From positions 558,001 through 622,000 of the forward strand of contig NW_027191456.1 in assembly GCF_011745625.1 (NCBI RefSeq): a DNA stretch of 64,000 nt, read 5' to 3'. Of the stretch, positions 61,146 to 64,000 are shown piece by piece. The notes under the pieces are model-generated. The model made no database searches and was not told where the DNA came from. It was given only the letters and a program-made list of their open reading frames with translations. Made by a program: the position numbers and the translations under genes. The stretch's first letter is position 1, and every line of letters starts with the position of its first letter. This DNA is from Cladosporium halotolerans (taxonomy: Eukaryota).

Positions 61146-63749
61146 CTATCTCATCCTCAATGGTGCCATTGCTGGCTTGACCCTCGCAGCTGGCGCAGCC
61201 GAAGGCTGAGCGTGCTGGATGAACGGGTGGCGAAGTGCGTCGTTGGGGCTGATCCTCCTCGCCGGGTCGAGCTGCAAGCATTTGTCCAACAAGTCGATGA
61301 ATGCGTGCAACTCCTTCAACTCCGCCGGGGCCATGGATCTCGCGTTGGCTGTCAGGCGGGCCTTGAGGTCTTTGCCTGGCACGGTCTTGGCGAAGTTCAT
61401 GGGTCTCATTGTGGTGTTGCCGGTGATCTTGTCGCGCTCCTGTGAGATGAAGACGTACTCGGGATCGCCACCTTCGAAGTGCTTGCCTGCGAGAGTCGAA
61501 CGGATAATCAAGCGCTTGGGGAACTTGCCACGACATTCTTGGATGACGCGCAGCATTTGGTTGTTGTCGCTGCCAGCAAAGAGGATGCGGCCAGTGTAGA
61601 GCTCGAACAGTGTGCAGCCGATGGACCACATATCGATAGCGTAGTCGAACGGCATTCCGAGTATGACTTCTGGTGCACGGTAGAATCGGGACACCAAGTA
61701 CGGAGTGACCTCGGCATCTTGGGCTTTGGACGCAGTCCCAAGATCGCAAATCTTCAGGCTGCTCCTTTCCTGGTTCACCAAAATGTTGTCAGGCTTCAAG
61801 TCGGCATGCAAAACCTCGCACTTTTTGAGGTGACTAAGCGCAAGGAACATCTGCCGTGCGTAAGCTCTGATCGCCTTGAGGTTGATTCCGACATTGCGAC
61901 CGAACTTCTTGAGCACTTCACGCAAGTCGGAGTGCAGGTTTTCGAAGACCAGACACATGTGGTTCTTGTGATCGAAGTTGCGCAGGAGTTGGATAATGTG
62001 CTTCTTGTCCTCGGGGTCCCCGGCGTTGAGGAACGTGAGCATGTCCATCTCTTTGGTGCCAGCCTTGTACATGGTTTCGTTGTTGCATGCAATCTTTACA
62101 GCGACGTCTTGGTTTGTCTTGATATCGGTGGCTCTGACCACTGTGGCGAAGGTACCTTTACCGATCTGTTGCTGCACAGCGTAGCGCCCGTCAAGAAGCT
62201 CGCCAAGAATAATGCGGTAGTGGCCATCAGGATAGTCCCAGTTGTCCAGGAGGTTGGAGTCGAGAGCCCGGACTTCAGCGTGTCCAGGGCCTTTCGATGT
62301 ACTATCAGCAGGAGCAAACATGTCGTCATCGTCGTCCTCTGCGAACATGTCGAATTCTTTGTCGGGCTTTGCTGAGGGTGCAGTCACTGCCTCTGGTTTC
62401 GTGGTGTCGGCCTGCTTCTCTGTGGTGTTGACGAAAGGTTTGAGTTCAGGTCTGTCTTCTTGCATGTCCATCGTAGGATCGTAGTCGGCTGCAGATGGGC
62501 CATCGTCATCATTAGCTGCGGCATCTGCTTGCTGCCTGTTTGCCAATTCTTCGTCATTGGCTACATTAATAGACGCTGGAGAGCCTGGGCTTGCTGGTGT
62601 GCGTGGCGAGTCGAGGGAGTTTGGAGCTGGAAAACGAAAGTCAGTAATTGACTTTCACACAAAAGCCCGGCGTGCAAAGAGATACTCACAAGATGCATGT
62701 TCAGATGTGACGCCGCTGCTTTCATGCTGCGGAGTGCTTGGTGCTGACATGATATTCTGCTCTAACGCTTGCACGAGCAGCGGCGGTTGCTGGCTTTTGT
62801 ACTTTGCCTTGATTGCCTCCCGCTTCTTTCGACGCTGTTCGATCAGCTCGTCTTCAGTCATCTGAGGCGATGGTTCTGCATCGGCGGCCTGCGTCGAATC
62901 TTCAATTTCGACCACGCTATGAATTTGTCAGTAGGCATTCGCGAAGATTTGTTGGAACTTGACGTACCTCGGAGGCGGGACCTTCCTGCTGGGGTTTTGA
63001 TTGCGGTTCTTCTCCCCGTTCTGGTTGTGAGCCGACTGGGACGAATTTGAATCAATGGATGAAGTCATGTGACTCGCCTGGTTTAGCTTGGCGTCTGCGT
63101 GAGACTGTTTGCGGGCTGCATCATCACGCCGATACGGCGATCTGCTGCGGCCGCGATGGTTCTCAGCGCGGCGACTGTTGCGAGTCGGGAGATCGTCGCC
63201 ATTGCGAGGAACTCGATCGTCATCCCTAGGGTAGCGATTCTGGCTCTCCTTGTCGTTGCGTCCTAGGCCACGGTGAAGGCTGTCCTTCTCTTTCTCATAG
63301 TGGACCTTGAAGCGCCTCGGATCGGAGTGGCTGGAGGGATGATAGTGGTTCGAAGAACGCGGCCGTTTGTCACCAGGGCGTGCGTCGTCGTCGTGAGATG
63401 GAGACCTCGAGCGAAGTCTGTCGTTGAGCCCACGACGTGAAGATACGGATGGCGACCGCGAAAAGGATCGAGAGCGGGAGCGAGATCTCGGACTCATGCG
63501 ACGTTTGTTGTGGGAGGCGCGGTAAGGCGATCTCGAGCGGGGCGCGGGCGACCGAGGAAGTGGTGCGCGATTCGATGACCGAGCCATGCTGGATGAAAAG
63601 CCGTCAAGACGCGAAGCGCGAGATGAAGCACCGCTGTGCAGTCTGGTCGAATTGTTAACCCTGCCGTCTCTTGTTTCGGATGTAGTTGGCTTAGATGCCT
63701 TCTCCCCGTCTCCGCGACTGCCACGGCCGCGGTTGTAATCGCCTTCCAT
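61146..63749 (-). CDS. PRP4: Pre-mRNA splicing kinase Prp4, at least 3 exons
   Basis: RS-rich N-terminus, LIEQRRKKREAIKAKY, DNWDYPDGHY, IGKGTFATV, HADLKPDN, TPYLVSRFYRAPE. The 5' end is uncertain because a further acceptor lies near 63803. Confidence 0.95.
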
Positions 63750-64000
63750 GAAGGACACGCTTGGGCTTATCTTGCCGATCGATGCAATCACCAGCAAGTC
63801 CCTGCGCTCGAGGTTTTGTATTTGGTCAGCGAAAGTGCTCTGCTTTGGCCGTCTTTTATTCTGCTGGATCGCGGAGTGCGGTACCAGTGCGGGATAGTGT
63901 CCTCACAGGCTGCTGGTATTTGCCTCGCTCCGAATCGTAGGAGGCACAGTGAACCGGGCGAATGCACCTGCTGTCTGTTGCGCGTAACACGTGGTAAGTC

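Overview
Gene-dense, GC-rich window from a filamentous ascomycete genome. The short GT..CTRAC..YAG introns and the gene content suggest a Dothideomycete (inference). It holds about 23 protein-coding genes, mostly conserved housekeeping: two Gfo/Idh/MocA oxidoreductases, an F-box-like protein, MRPL28, PCM1, an HSM3-like protein, GUD1, ERG13, TMA7, a cyclin K/T-like gene, an amidohydrolase next to an amino-acid permease, YAK1, TAD2, a type II membrane protein, a roughly 12-intron trimethyllysine dioxygenase, a CMP/dCMP-type deaminase, an LRR protein, XPT1, a Ran1/Pat1-like kinase and PRP4 kinase. There is one tRNA-Arg(CCG). I saw no intact transposon and no CRISPR array. The most striking signal is the deaminase gene at 40035-41682 (-): its two zinc-binding half-motifs lie in different reading frames, joined by a 377-nt doubly open region where codon bias switches to the +1 frame. 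That points to a programmed frameshift, unusual alternative splicing or an assembly indel. Also notable are a fold-back element with 8-bp flanking direct repeats (58443-58600) and a degenerate duplicated palindrome array near the tRNA. Products are assigned by motif recognition only; no database search was run.
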